Assembly: GCA_047495785.1 (NCBI GenBank)
Contig: JBLDXI010000017.1
Location: 1,054,001 to 1,118,000, forward strand
Source: Lepidodermella squamata
Lineage: Eukaryota; Animalia; Gastrotricha
DNA length: 64,000 bases
Direction: 5' to 3'
In this document: positions 12,066 to 25,203 of the stretch, piece by piece
Numbering within the stretch: the first letter of the stretch is position 1
Layout of the letters: every line of letters starts with the position of its first letter
Position numbers and translations under genes: made by a program
The notes under the pieces: model-generated
Seen by the model: the letters and a program-made list of their open reading frames with translations, nothing else
What the model was told of the DNA's origin: nothing
Database searches by the model: none

Positions 12066-15000
12066 TGTACATAAATTGGTGTCTGGACCTAATTAAATCG
12101 CTAATTACTCGCGCTACCTTTTATTGCGCACCCTGCTGGCTGATAGTTGCCGCATACCTTGCATGATCTAGTCCGAATATTTGTATGTAATTGTTTTAAT
12201 TATTAAATCGTGGCCTTTTTGATGCTTTGAATAAACAAGACACCGATATATATCTACAAAGCGTTTTGTTTTAACAACATGGCCTCGCACGTGTGTCTCA
12301 ACGAGCTGCTCTTTTGAGGCCAAGTATGTGCGCCCAAATTTATTAGCAAGTCGTTGTAAAAACAAGAACTTGAAAGCGGTAGCGCGCGGCTGATGGTGAA
12401 ATGATCCGGCTATTATAAGCGTCAACAATTGTGTCACGTGTGAAGCGCGAGGCCGATGCGCATTTCGATATAATAAATAAAAATATCCGCGCCCAGGCCG
12501 TATAGTATTGTTTTTACAATTTATTATGCGTTTCAGATCACTTCTGAGCCGAGGCGCCCGAGCGTCACCACTTGTAACATTAAATTATTATGACGATCAA
12601 ACTGTGTACACACTTGTAGCATGAGAGCCTTATATGCATTTTGATACCCCTATCACCGAACCACTTTAATAATTTCTATTATACCTGACCGAAATCCACG
12701 CTTCCGAAGTGAGTGTATGAATGTATAAGAGCTATTTCCGCATTTTAATTAAATTATATAGAGCGAAGACGTTTTTATTGCATCACGATTATTTGCAAGC
12801 GCCTGGTGAGCTTTGCGGGAGACTTTAACTGTGCTTAAGTAGGATTTTTCCCTAATTCTGTAAAATCGTAAAATTAAAACGATTAACCTTTACAAATTGC
12901 CCCTGTAAATGAGGCTTATCACTAGCAATTACTTTGTAATTTTTTATATATTTTTTTAATTTTAAGGGAGTTGATTCCATAATTTTTGTGGAATAGTATC
13001 TCATCAAAAATTTTCTAATTATTAGAATATTTCTGCGCGCCTATTATTTTCTAAAATTGGAGGCAGAATATTAGCGCCTAAAAATATAATTTATTGCGAA
13101 ATTTAATAAAATTATTCCTATAATCCAAGCAGTCCAAGACTTAAGTCTTGCCTATATAAGTCTTCCCCTTTTTGGGATTTAGATATTCGAAAACACACCC
13201 TTTGCCCTTTGATTTCGATAATATCGAAGAAATCGCTCTAAAAATATTTTATTCATTTATGTTCCTTGTTTTCCTTTTTCAGCGAATTTGGTTAGAAATC
13301 GTGCGATTTCCGTTTTATTCAAGTGCCGATAGTAGATGAAGATCATGACCTCAAGACTTCCGTTATACTACGAGAACCTTTATTACCTTAATTAAATCCT
13401 ACAAAAACATCCGTAAAATTGGCCTATATCAGAGCCAATGATATTAGTTTAGGTATTATGTCCGAGCTCGTCTGGTCGCGCGACGACAGTTGCGCAATTT
13501 CGCTCGCTCAGTAGACGGTTCAACTTTTGACACTTTTGATCGACTGGTGTCTTCCTGAGCTCGAGAGACATCCTGGCGACATGCCGTCGCGACACCGAAC
13601 GGTGAACTCAAAATATTTTTAGCCGCGCCACTTATATTGCATTTACACACAGACTCACTTCCCGGCGTAAATATACTGCGCGCGCGGGTCTCGTTAAGGT
13701 GCGCCGACGTCGTGCTCTTTGGCCGCCGTTCTTCATTTAAATTTGAACACATACAACGCTATGACGGCCGGAAGCGAAGCCCGACTTAGTAATAATAGGT
13801 AACAACGATATCGCGCTTGTGTTGCAATTTTCTGCCCGACAAGTTAAAGCAAAGTTAACCACTACTTGATCTTCAACTCAAGTTGGGTCGAAATATTTTA
13901 GGTAAAATTTTTACTATTTTATCACGTTTTCTTCTCAGCTGTTTTCTCCCCAGAATATTTGCGATTTTTAGCCGAGTAATTACGCCTAGTTAGTGTGATT
14001 TTTGTGTTTACCAATAGCGAATTTGGTCCCCTATGGCGACTTGGCTAGGCGTAAACAACTTTATTTTTTCGCGGGCCAAGTAAACAAATTGTCTCAAAAA
14101 TTAAGCGAGACCGCTTAATTATTTTCCGCCAACACCTTGACGCTCGCGAAAAATTTCTAGGTCGTGGCGCGAGCATTATTAGAGCCTGGTAGTAATTATA
14201 GAAAAATTGTTGACAAAATAGCCACTTAAGCAAATTTACACAAATATTACCACCATCTTTCTTCTGACTCAAAGGAAGTTGCGTTAATTATATTATTATT
14301 AGTATTTGTTTTGTTTTTATGCGCGAAAAGCACCAGGAAAGGTATTTCATACTGACGCAACACACGTGTCCAATAGCTTCAAGTCGCTATAAATTATCTC
14401 GTTAAGACAATATCCTCTGTGAAACTTCCCGCCTATACCTTTATTTGTTGATCTTTCCTGCGTGTGTTTTTGTGCCTAATTATCACCCGAAAATTTACTT
14501 TCATGCGCGCCTAAATAACAACAAGTTATTTGTTGTTGTTATTAGCCGAGCGATGGCCATTTTTCGGCAGCCGTTTGTGTCTCTTTTGGCGGCTATATGC
14601 TGATATTCTGATATTGACACACGCGGTATCGCGCGCGCGCAAAATATTATTGGTGTAAAATTGCTTTGAAATTGAAACGATATATATAAAGCGTGCGCGC
14701 GAGCGCAAATTAAACAAAAATAATGATAACTATTAGAATGAAGATGTCATACATGTGGGCGTTGTGTTGCGCAGTATTATATCGTTATTTTTATTTACCT
14801 GGCATTTGCCGGACCGGAATTCGGCTGCCGACCTTTTGGCGATGATATAACTCATGTCCGCATGTTTTTGGACAACAATTTAAACAAATAGCCTTTAAAT
14901 GAAACCACTGCTATTCAATAACCAAAATCACTGGTGCGAAACTTGATCAAATAGGAAAATTTTCACAATTACAGCGGATGAATTCAGCTTTCATCTTCAC

Positions 15001-17551
15001 GCGCGGAAAAAAATGGATATCGGTCACTTGTAGGTCATTCACATTTCACGCTTTCTATATTTACCTTAATTTTTCTAGATTGAAGGGGGTAAAGCCTATA
15101 GCAGGCATTCTATCGGATTATTTCCACGTTACAGACACGCAAATCATCGATTTTTGCTCTCCAGATTTGAAACAGATATAACAAAGAATAGCGTCGTTTT
15201 TGTTAAAATAACTGTCAAGTCAAATTTAGCCTCGATTTTCGCATTAATTTTTAACAAAGGCCCTGCGTATATAGATAGATACGATGGTTATACTATGCAT
15301 TATCATCACCGCATATATAGGTAGGTGTCTAGTAATAATAACAATCACACATTTTGACGCTAAGGCGTCATTGAATTTCCGAAAATTCAATGTTTTGTTT
15401 ACGTGAGCTTGCGCCATATTGTTTTTCGGGTGGCCCCGTTTTTGAAATTCACAAGCTAAATAAACCAGGCTGGCCCGTTATCAATTATTAATATATGAAT
15501 ACATATCATTATATCTCTTCAGTTTTTCATTTCACGCCTCACGATTTTCGGCCCCCGGCTGTGCGCGCGCAAAAAAATAATCAATTGTGGGCAAAAAGTC
15601 GCAATTTGTTGTTATTTTTCCGCGGTTGTTTTTCATGTTTTTACCGCGCCCTACTGTTTTTCTTCCACGTTTATATTATTACCTGACGTCAAGTACGCGC
15701 TTGTGTACGGTGCTGGTGTCACAAAGGCGCGTTGTATTTACTCAGGACGCGCCGAAAATAACGCTAAATCGATGCTCTATTAATAATCTTGGGCGAGCAA
15801 TAAATATACGCGGAAACATTTGACCGGTTGTTTGTTATTAGCGCCTCTATTCTTTAACCAGCATCCGTTTCTTGCTTTCACACACCTGCCCGTATATTAG
15901 GCGGCGATGAGAGACGGTGAGCAAACGCCAACAAAAACGCCTAAGCTAGCGCAGCCGTGTGCACAGCGCGGCAAAACACGCCTAAAACAACAACATTTTT
16001 ATATTTGATATTGTTAAAAACCATGTTTTGCCGTTGACGCAATTGCCCAGTTCCTTTGTGCGTTCTTCATCGCCGATATGCGTATAATATTTTGTTATAC
16101 ACAGGCGTTTACTCACGAGATGACGTTGCTAAATACACTGGGACCTGTTTTCGTTTAATATATTACTCCATCTTCCTGGCCCGTTTTATAGCTTGTTTCC
16201 AAGTCATTGTTAATTTTTCATAAGATCGCGTCCCCTCTCAAACTTGGCGCTATATTATAGGTGGGTATTTTACACACCCTCTTAAATAAGCGCGCGCGCT
16301 AACTGCGCGTGTAATAAAATTGTCACATCGCGTCGTCACGGCCTAGGCAGGTAATAAGGCCTTCCCTAATAAGTAACTCGCGCCAAGTTTTTAACAAAAC
16401 TCCGCCTTTTCTATTATGAATGAGTTTTTGATGCCCTGTTGTAAATTATTTCTACCATGACGTCGCGCCCACTTTTTTCAGCTCTCATCCTTCATCCCAC
16501 GAAACACTTGCCACACAACATCATTTCCCAACACTTCCAGAGCTGTTATTGTTGTCGGTTGACTCTGCAACATAATTTTTTTCTAACACTTTGAGGATAA
16601 TATTGTTGAAAAAATGTGAAAAACATTTCTGTGCGAAACGTGTTTTTGCGCCGCTTTTTAGCATCGCGTGTGGCGATGCGCGTGAAAAGTACAGCTATTT
16701 GTCAAGTAGCGTCCGCGAGATTTTCTTCCGCAGCAAAACCGAACGCTGTAAAATACTCGAGAATAGCAACAATCGTCGCCTCAGCGTGGCGCGGGTGCAT
16801 CTTACTACTATTACTACGCCGAGTGTTATCTCTTCCTGGCGAGCAGCAGCATCTTAAGGATTGCTACAACATTATAATGATAATAACTAACACAATCACG
16901 GCTTGTTCCACTCGGGCAACAAGTGCTCGCTGACATATTTGATATAATTGACCTGAAAAACGCGTGGCGAAGCGTTGTTTTTAAGACGCGCGCTATTTTT
17001 CGCGCGCACGCCCGTTGCGCGCGCAAAAATTTAAAAGCGCGCCCACCTGTCGTGCGGCTTCAAAGGCGCTGTGACACCTCTTCTTAACTACTAAAAATAA
17101 CAACAAATTTTTAATAATTTTTGTTTTCTTCTCGCTAGATACATTAAAAAGTTGTTCGGTCTATTTACTGTTACATTACACCTGAGCGGTTGCTATTATA
17201 AATCAACGTCTTATATATGAAACCATCGTGTTCAGCTACGACTTCTTCGACTTTATCGCAGCAACGAGTGCTGAGCTAGCCCTAACTCGTCGTTCGTATA
17301 TATTTAGCGGCTATTTAGTTGTTATTTTTGCGGCTCGAGACAAAACAGCTCGCAGCAAAAGAACTAACTGCAAGGCGAAGAAAGCCATCGTAAGGCTTAA
17401 CGAAACAAACACCTCGCTCGCAATTCACGACGAGTGTACGTACCTATTATCTCGCTAACGTGTAATTAGCGAGCCTTCTCTTCTTCTGCAACTACCCTCT
17501 CGCGATTGTGGCCGTTTTTTGAGCGCGTCTTCATAATCGTTTCTCGCCATC

Positions 17552-20500
17552 ATGCAACTTAACACGCGGCACGAAGCTGCCATATCAGCCCTCATTATCT
17601 GCTTGGTCACCCTATTCCCTCGACTCACCCTCGCCCAATCTGTCGGTAAGTATTCAATAAAAAACTCGTAACGTGATAAATTTGGAAATTCGTCAATTTA
17701 ATAGATTGCGACTTCACGGGTGGAAATTTATGCGGTTGGATAGTCGATTCGCAAGATCAGTTGCAATTACAAGTTATGCAGGAGGAACAGCCACCACCGG
17801 AATTGAAAACTACTGGAGCTTTTGGTAAAGAATTCAAATATTTAATACATAGTACATAGTAATAGTATTTTCGCTATTTTTAGCCAGAATTTTCGTGCAT
17901 ATAATTTTCAAATTTTTTTAATAATTTAAGGAAGATTTTTAATTTTTGAAATTTTATTGCTTTTAAAATTGAGAGGAGCAATCCCGAGAGTTGGACAGGC
18001 TCGGTAACCGAAATCCTAATTCGAAATCAATTTCTTTTACTATTTATACCTGTTATAAAAATTTGATTTTTCCTAATTCCGAAAGGATTTTGGGAATTTT
18101 TTAGCTTTCGAACATTCTTCTCCGTGCCTCTTTTGATGTCGGTTTTCGGCGAAAACCTTTCCCAATTTGCGACACTTATTTTGCGAAATATGCTGGCTTA
18201 ACTATAATCTAGTTATTTCAGATTAATTAACGTTTCGTAAATTACCTTGAAAATCTCTTCAGAGCAATACGGTTTGTCAGTAAACATGTTTTGGGCCGAA
18301 TATCTGACTGTCTTCTGATCGAAATAAAGCGCTATTATAGTTCTAGATATTAATTCCCACGCTTTTTTGCAGATTCCGATTACATTTACATCACCATGGG
18401 CCAAATGGCGACTAAAACACGAGGCCGAGCGAAATTGCGAATAATTTCGCCCTATTTCGACACGTCGACCTACGACACGGAGGGCGGCCAGCAGTTGCCT
18501 GTAACACGGTGTTTCAGCTTCTGGTACCGTTCCGCCTCGTGGAAGCGCTCAATACCCGCTTCATTCACCTTCGGCCAGCAAAGCGGTGGCGATTTTTTCG
18601 CGCAGGAAATACAGTCAGAAAACGCAAACGTATGGCGGTACAAGCAAATTGATCTCATCTTCAAGAAGCCGACCGATCAAATTCGCGTAACAATCGACGG
18701 CGGTGATACTTACTTCAGCTACGTGTCATTCGATCACTTTTTACTTTCGTCGAAGTCGTGCGAAAACGCGCAGCACGTTGTTGATCGGTACCGTAATTTA
18801 GGCGGCAACTGCCCTGGTGAATATCTCGCCCAATTCGGCGAGCCAATAGGGTGTTACAAATGCTCGCTGGCCGAATGCATGCAGACGTGCCAAGCATTCG
18901 CGTTCTGCCGCGGCGTTTCCTGGGTCGATCGAAAGGCGTTGAATGAAGCGTTCCCAGGCAACTCTCAATGCTACCTTAAAGCCGCATCCTGCTGGCCTGA
19001 TATCGTTAAATTCGAGGGTGGCTACAAATTCTACGAAAGAATAAGCGGCTACACTGAAGTTGACAAGTTGAACTCTTCGAAAATCGGCGATGGCGAGTCG
19101 CATAATTTCCAGATCCTATCCTCCTTAAAACCAGTCCCTGCGCCAGGGCCCGGGGCAAACGCTATCGATATGGGCAAATGGCTGCCGAGAAACGCGAAGG
19201 AAGGCAGTGAATTCGAGAATCAGGTAGTTAAATGGCAAAAACCTGCCGAAGTTATTAAGGCTCAGCAAGAAAAGGAACGAGAAGCAGCGAGCCCGACGCC
19301 GACTTGGCTAACACCGACTGAGGTGATCGAAAGGCTAACAGCGACTAAGCTGAAACTCGAGGCGACGCCGCCGACTGAAACGCCCCAGCCAACTTCTGTA
19401 GGCACCCAATCTTCATCATTTTCCACGTTCAAGCTAGATACGACTACTCAGGATATTTTGACGAGTATCAGAGTTTCAGCGGATTATGAAACTTACTCAG
19501 CGGAGACGACGAATTCACCCCAGACTTCGCCACCTTCGACGACTAAATTGTCAAGTTCAACATCTTCTTACACCTTGGTGCCATCGCCGTTCCCGAATTC
19601 GAAACACATCTATGGGTAAATTTTCGTTTTTTTTAGGATTATTTTTAATTTTAATAATTATTTTCTCCTTTCCTGCTCATTTAATTTCCAGTTTCCGGTA
19701 ATTTAATTTAGAGTAATAATAATTGTGATGCGGGATTATTTTTATTCAAATATTATTATCAATTTTTTAATTGCGATGAATTATCGAAGCAAAAGCCAAG
19801 CATTACTCGCGCACTGAAAGCTCGTTTTTACTTCGAAAAACGGTTTTTTTCAATGTGGTGACCGGTGTCTACTGCTGATTCAAAGCTCTGCGAATCTATT
19901 GGGACCTTATGTAATCTTTCACAGATTGGGCGAAAAATTCAGAAATTAAATCACGTGCCATGCATGCTTTATCATCTGAATTCTTTGCCAGGAATATATT
20001 ATTTTTCAATATATGGGAATCTTTTAATTTTATTTTCATTTATTTCGGAATATTGGAGTAATTTTTTTCTATTTAAATCAAACTGAAATTTGCTGTTGCT
20101 TTTTATTCTAGCTATGTGCCTCTGCAGCCGTTCGGAAACTGTGGCGGTCATTTCATAATAGACGAAAATCACCAATATTTAGGCTGTACTCGGTGTTCGT
20201 TCGCTCAGTGTGCAACGTTGTGCTCGTTATCGGAACAATGTCGTGGCTTTTCATTCACCGAATCAATCCTTGTCGCTAAACAATGCTACCTCAAAACAGC
20301 GCTAACATGCGAACCGCAGCCGAGTAGTACCGGCTTCAAGTATTTCATCAAAATTAGGAAATCCAACGACGAGCTGCAGGCAGCTGAGGCGTCGATTGGC
20401 CGCAACGGCATAGGAGCGTTCACAATCAAACCGGTAATGCCGAAACAAACGCCGAATAGCGAGCAGGAATCGCGCGAATCAACGTCACCGGTCAAAATGG

Positions 20501-20811
20501 ACGCTGAGCCAACAGTGGCGCCGTGGCTAAGTTCAAGCGCATCGGCCGATACGTGGAACCACGTTAAATACGTCGCGCTGCGAGGCAATTGCGCCGGTGC
20601 GTTTTTGCGCGACAGCTCAGGCGAGGCGGTCACGTGCCCGCGCTGTTCGTTGGCCGCGTGCCAAAAACTGTGCGACCAGGACGACGAATGCCGCGGTATT
20701 TCTTATTCAACAGACAACACTGTAGCCGTTCAGTGCTACCTGAAAACTGTCGACAGCTGCTCACCCCTCTCCGAAAATTCCGGATACCTCTTCCATGCCA
20801 AGAAAGATTAG
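17552..20811 (+). CDS. Secreted protein: signal peptide, MAM domain, three PAN/Apple-like Cys-rich repeats and a Ser/Thr/Pro-rich mucin-like spacer; exons 17552-17645, 17705-17824, 18373-19615, 20112-20811
   Basis: Signal peptide MQLNTRHEAAISALIICLVTLFPRLTLAQ. MAM motifs DCDFTGGNLCGW, DYIYI, LRIISP, CFSFWY and VSFDHF. Three repeats of GNCxG...CxxCS..C...C....CRG.S...QCYLK...C. No TM segment is seen. Confidence 0.82.
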
Positions 20812-21411
20812 TCAAATACACCCTTAATAACATAGGCTCAAAAATTCAATGAAATTTTCGAAAAATAATGTGCTCAAAAATATTTGTCGTGTTGGATTGA
20901 AACCAACAATAAACAATTGTCTCTAGAAAAAAATAATGAAATTTCCTCCTTAAATTTTTTGTATGAATCTCAGCGGCCTCAAAAAGAAACTCCCCGATAT
21001 CTTTAACGTTTGAAAAATTCCAAAAATTATTTGTTTTGCTAAAAATTGTTAATTCCAACTTATGTCTCGCTGGCGTCTCTCTCTCTCTACCTGTTGATCG
21101 CTTTGAAGGCTGAACTATGAAACATATTGCATCGGTAGCTTTGTTTTTTGTGCTCTCGTGCATCTTATAAAAAATGATGATTGTCGATTTTATTTGCTTT
21201 TATTTGCCTCGCTGTATTGTATATTAATATATATTATATTCATTTTAAAAATATTATATATATATTGTATTGACAATCTCTCTGAATTGATGAAACAATG
21301 GAGACCAAAAAGATTTTGAATTTTTATGAACGAAAGTGGAAAAATAATAAAAATCGTCAATTTTTCAAAATATATTTTATTTTTCGGAAAATAATATTCA
21401 TATATTTAGTT

Positions 21412-24400
21412 TTACAACATTTCCTGATCCAGTTCAATATCATCTGCCATAGCAGCAGTCGTCTCGCGGGTAATAGGCGGCGTTTGATGGCGGTCTATAC
21501 ACGAAATATCCTAATAATTAAAAAGACAGAAAATGCCGCAGAAATTACCTTGCGCATTGGTAATTCTTCTCTGGAAACTGAACGCGAAAAAATTAAATAA
21601 ATATTAGTGAATAATCTTGGCATGATTCATCGATGTTACCGAAGCTTTTTGACCACTAATATTGGCTTTATTAGCTTTCTGTGCAACGAAAAAAAGCGTG
21701 AAATATAGAAAAAATACAGGTGACTAGATTTAATTGAATAAAACTGGGTGAAAGCATTATTAGTCATCGTGTATCGTCGGCGGAATGGCGTTAGTCAAGC
21801 GGTGTTAGTCATTTTTTTTCATTCTCATCAGCTTACGCTCGAATCGTGTCACCGGGCAGGCCTGTGACAACGGCAGGCGCGCCGCCTGAAGAGCCGGCGC
21901 CCCCTTCGGCCGTCTGGCTGCCGCCCTGTTGGCTGTTGGACGAATTGACGAGCGGAATCAACGAGCTCGAGTTGTAGTTGATCAACGACTGGCCGATTAT
22001 TCCGAGCCTGTATTATCAAATTAATATTTTATTCAATAGGCAACAAAACAAAAATCTCAAAAGAGCGGCAGTCGAGGGCCCTCAAAAGAAGCGGTTGCTA
22101 AGGGGGTGGGCTATAAAATTACAGGCCGCAAATTCATTCTAATACGCGCCCCACATAAATTTTGTGCCAACAAAAAAAATGTCAGAAATTTTTGCTGCTC
22201 AACGTAACAAAACTGCTGGAGCCAAGTCGCAAATTGTGCTAAACCTCCTTAACCGCGATCAAAAAGCCGTTGATAAGGACTATGTCGCCCTGTTACAGTC
22301 GCTGGTCAATCGAATCGATACGCTAGGCATTCGATCGCCGACTCGGTTGTGTTCAAACTCGTTTTGGGACGAATATTTGAAGACTGAACGGCAGAAAAAG
22401 GCGGACAAACATCGGCAAGCTATGCTAGCTGCTACGTCAATCAGCGAAAGTCGATTCACCGGCCAAAAATCGAAAAAGGACGACTCAGCTAGCGAGGCGA
22501 GTTACGACTCAGATTCCGATTCTGGCTCAGAATCTTCGAAGAAAAAGCCGAGTAATAAGAAGAAAGTCGTACCAGCTAGCGCCCCAGCCGGTGGTCGGAA
22601 CAGCGTTCAATTCGAACAGCAGGAAAAGCCGCCAATTAGCAAGCAGCGATCAACTACAGCGTCAAATGTTCGGCGAAATAGTATCAATTATTCGCTGGAC
22701 GATCCGGAATTCGACGATGAAAATAAGCGGCGATTACGTGAGAACGCGATGACTGTCATTGAACCAAACCGGCCTAAATCTGCGTACCGATCACATCCGT
22801 TCATCAAAAAGCTACTGCTAACCGCTATTGAGCCGCCGAAATCGATCGAGGATGCAAATACGGAAGCCTTGAAGAAGAAACGAGCGGCCAAAAAAGCGGC
22901 TGACGCTAAAGCTGAAGAGGCTGAGTTTGGCCCGGCTCCAAGCCGTTCGTCTAGTCTACAGAGCAGTAACGATCCGCGAAACAACTCGCTTACAGCTAGG
23001 AGACAAACTTTAGCTCGAGCAAAATCAGCGGCTGCTATTCCGAAAACGGAGTACGAATCGATAAATCCGATTTTTCTCGACGAGAAAAAAGGTTAGAAAT
23101 TCCAATATTTACTCGCCCAATTTTCAAAATTGTGTTTTCTAGGTCAAGAATTGTATCGAATTTTGATTCAACAAGAGATAAAGTGGACCCGGCAAGCTAT
23201 CAGCGACGCTTCTCGACGAAATAGACTTTCGTCAAAACGCGAATATGCATTCTTTTCGTGAGAATTCCGTCTTATACCGCTGTTTCATTTTTAAATAAAT
23301 AAATTCTGGAACTTACGCCATTTTCCGAACGTTGATAAATCGACCGAGCGGAGGTTGTTCGACGGCGATCGGAGCCTTGAGGAAGGGGCTGAAAAAAGCG
23401 GAAATAGTAGTCAGAATCTTTAATCGCGAATTTTTCCAATTTTAGTGTATCATTTCAAATTTTCTGTTAAATTTTTAAAATTTCCTTACTTTACTTCCTC
23501 GGCTTTCTGGGCGTGGCGATCGCCCCCGGGTGGTTTAGCGCTTGGAAGCACGCACTCAGCGGCAACACTGCGTTGCTCCATGAGCGACTTTTTCGGCGGT
23601 CTTTTCATAGCAATTCGCTGAGCGACGTGATCTTTCGCGGCTTCTTTTATCGACTGCTCATAGCGAACCGCAACTCGGTCGATACACGCCAAAATTTGCT
23701 CATCAGTTAACGGATGCGCCAATTCTATTTGATTTTTCGTCTTCTTATGAGCTAACGGCTTGACAATAGGCCTGAAATTTCGATTAATATACATAAAAAC
23801 CTCCTCAAAAATAGTATTTTTCAGTAATTACGGTCTAATAATCTCTTCGTCGTGTTCCATTGTAACATCATTATCAGTTGATTTCGAGCGGCCAATTTTC
23901 GTGCTATTCGTTCTGGCTGATTTCGGCACAAGGCTACCATGAGCAGACGCTTCTTTTTTCGCACGAGGAGAGGCTTTTTCCGCATCAGGGCCAATACGTT
24001 GAGATAACATGAAATTTCCACCCATTCGGTCGATTAAAGCAAGAATTTGCGAATCTTTCAGGGGTTTTCCGTTTTTCGACAGAACTATCTTCTTGGGGTC
24101 AATCGATTCTGCATCCGGAACGGGTTCTTCCTCATCTTGACGCTTTTGAGGCGTGCTTGTAGTTCGAAGAGCCCGGTTGAAAGAATCGGATCTCAGGAGG
24201 CGGCCTACCTCTTTTTTAATGACTTCACGATCTCTGCGGCCAAAGGTTATCCAAATAAATTCCACAGCATAACTATATAACGCTTCAAACATTTGGCGAT
24301 CAGTGAGCGTGGTTGAAACACGACACTTTCCTCGATTCATGTGATGAAGTTGGTCCATGCCAAGACCGAGAATCATTGTGTTGTATACAACGCCGAACTG

Positions 24401-25203
24401 TTTAGCGGCATCTTTCATTTTCAGCGCGACTTCAACTAGCATTTGCTCCTCGGCCTGGCTGCGGGAAACGTGCATGCCGTCGGAATGCTCGTCGGCATCT
24501 TTTTTAGCGAAGAAGTAGTTGAAGTAAACAGCTAAGGAGGCCATGAGCTGATCAAACGGCGGCCCCGCGTCTAGATCGTTGCGATGCATAGCGTGCTGCT
24601 GAGACGTGCCCAATTGCTGACAATGTGCGCAATGGGCGTGAGAGACCGATTGCAAGAAAAACTCTAGGAAAGTGTCCGGTATCGTCTGCCGATTAACAAG
24701 CATCTCGTTTAGAGCAACAGCTGTAAAGGGAAACCGCAAAAAAACATCATTTGTTTACGCTATTAGCGCTATTGGCGTTAGAAAACTTATTTACCGCCGC
24801 CTAATTTACTCAACCGCATAATAAAAAATGCGTTACCTTTAATGTCCAGAAAAGTAACAGGCCGTGAAGATGGATCAGTACCAGAGGGTCTATCATTGGT
24901 TGCCTTTGTTCTCATCTCCAATACTAGCTTTTGTATCCGCTTTTGGTATTCTTGATCGTTACGCTCTCTCTTACTGAAAAGAAGAAAACTGCGGAATATT
25001 TACGTTCAAACTGTTCAAGACCTACACGTGAGTAACTCGATCCTGAAACTTGCTTTTGAATTTATCGGCTTTTGTATCACTTTCAAATCTGCGAATAAAC
25101 ACAGTGCATAGTAAGGATTATTAATCATTCCTAATGCAAACTTTTTAAAGACTATCGTTTTCAAAGAATCGTTCCATTCGAACACACCCGTCTTCGGAAT
25201 CAT
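21412..25203 (-). CDS. PPP1R36: Protein phosphatase 1 regulatory subunit 36-like; exons approx. 25203-25142, 25088-25026, 24973-24837, 24720-23832, 23771-23490, 23388-23317, 22007-21837, 21577-21549, 21494-21412 (may instead stop at 21833)
   Basis: The spliced product contains VTFLDIKAVAL, YNTMILGLGMDQLHHMNRGKCRVSTTLTDRQMFEALY, WITFGRRDREVIKKEVGRLLRSDSFN, KRPPKKSLMEQRS and LGIIGQSLINYNSSSLIPL, recalled as PPP1R36-family motifs. The last two small exons are inferred from splice signals and frame only. Confidence 0.82.
22112..22118 (+). promoter_or_regulatory. Candidate TATA box of the nested gene
   Basis: TATAAAA preceded by a G-rich stretch (ggggtgggc), about 60 nt upstream of the ATG at 22179. 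Confidence 0.4.
22179..23261 (+). CDS. Orphan hydrophilic Lys/Ser/Arg-rich protein (~343 aa) nested antisense within a PPP1R36 intron; exons 22179-23091, 23143-23261
   Basis: An open frame of over 300 codons, with TATAAAA at 22112, its own 51-nt GT-AG intron in consistent phase, and AATAAA near 23294. No family was recognised. Confidence 0.72.

Noticed and set aside
12100-17500. Recurring CACCTG/TACCTG and ACCGGTT-like motifs as Snail/ZEB or Grainyhead sites
   Set aside because: Short motifs whose enrichment cannot be shown without counting against a background.
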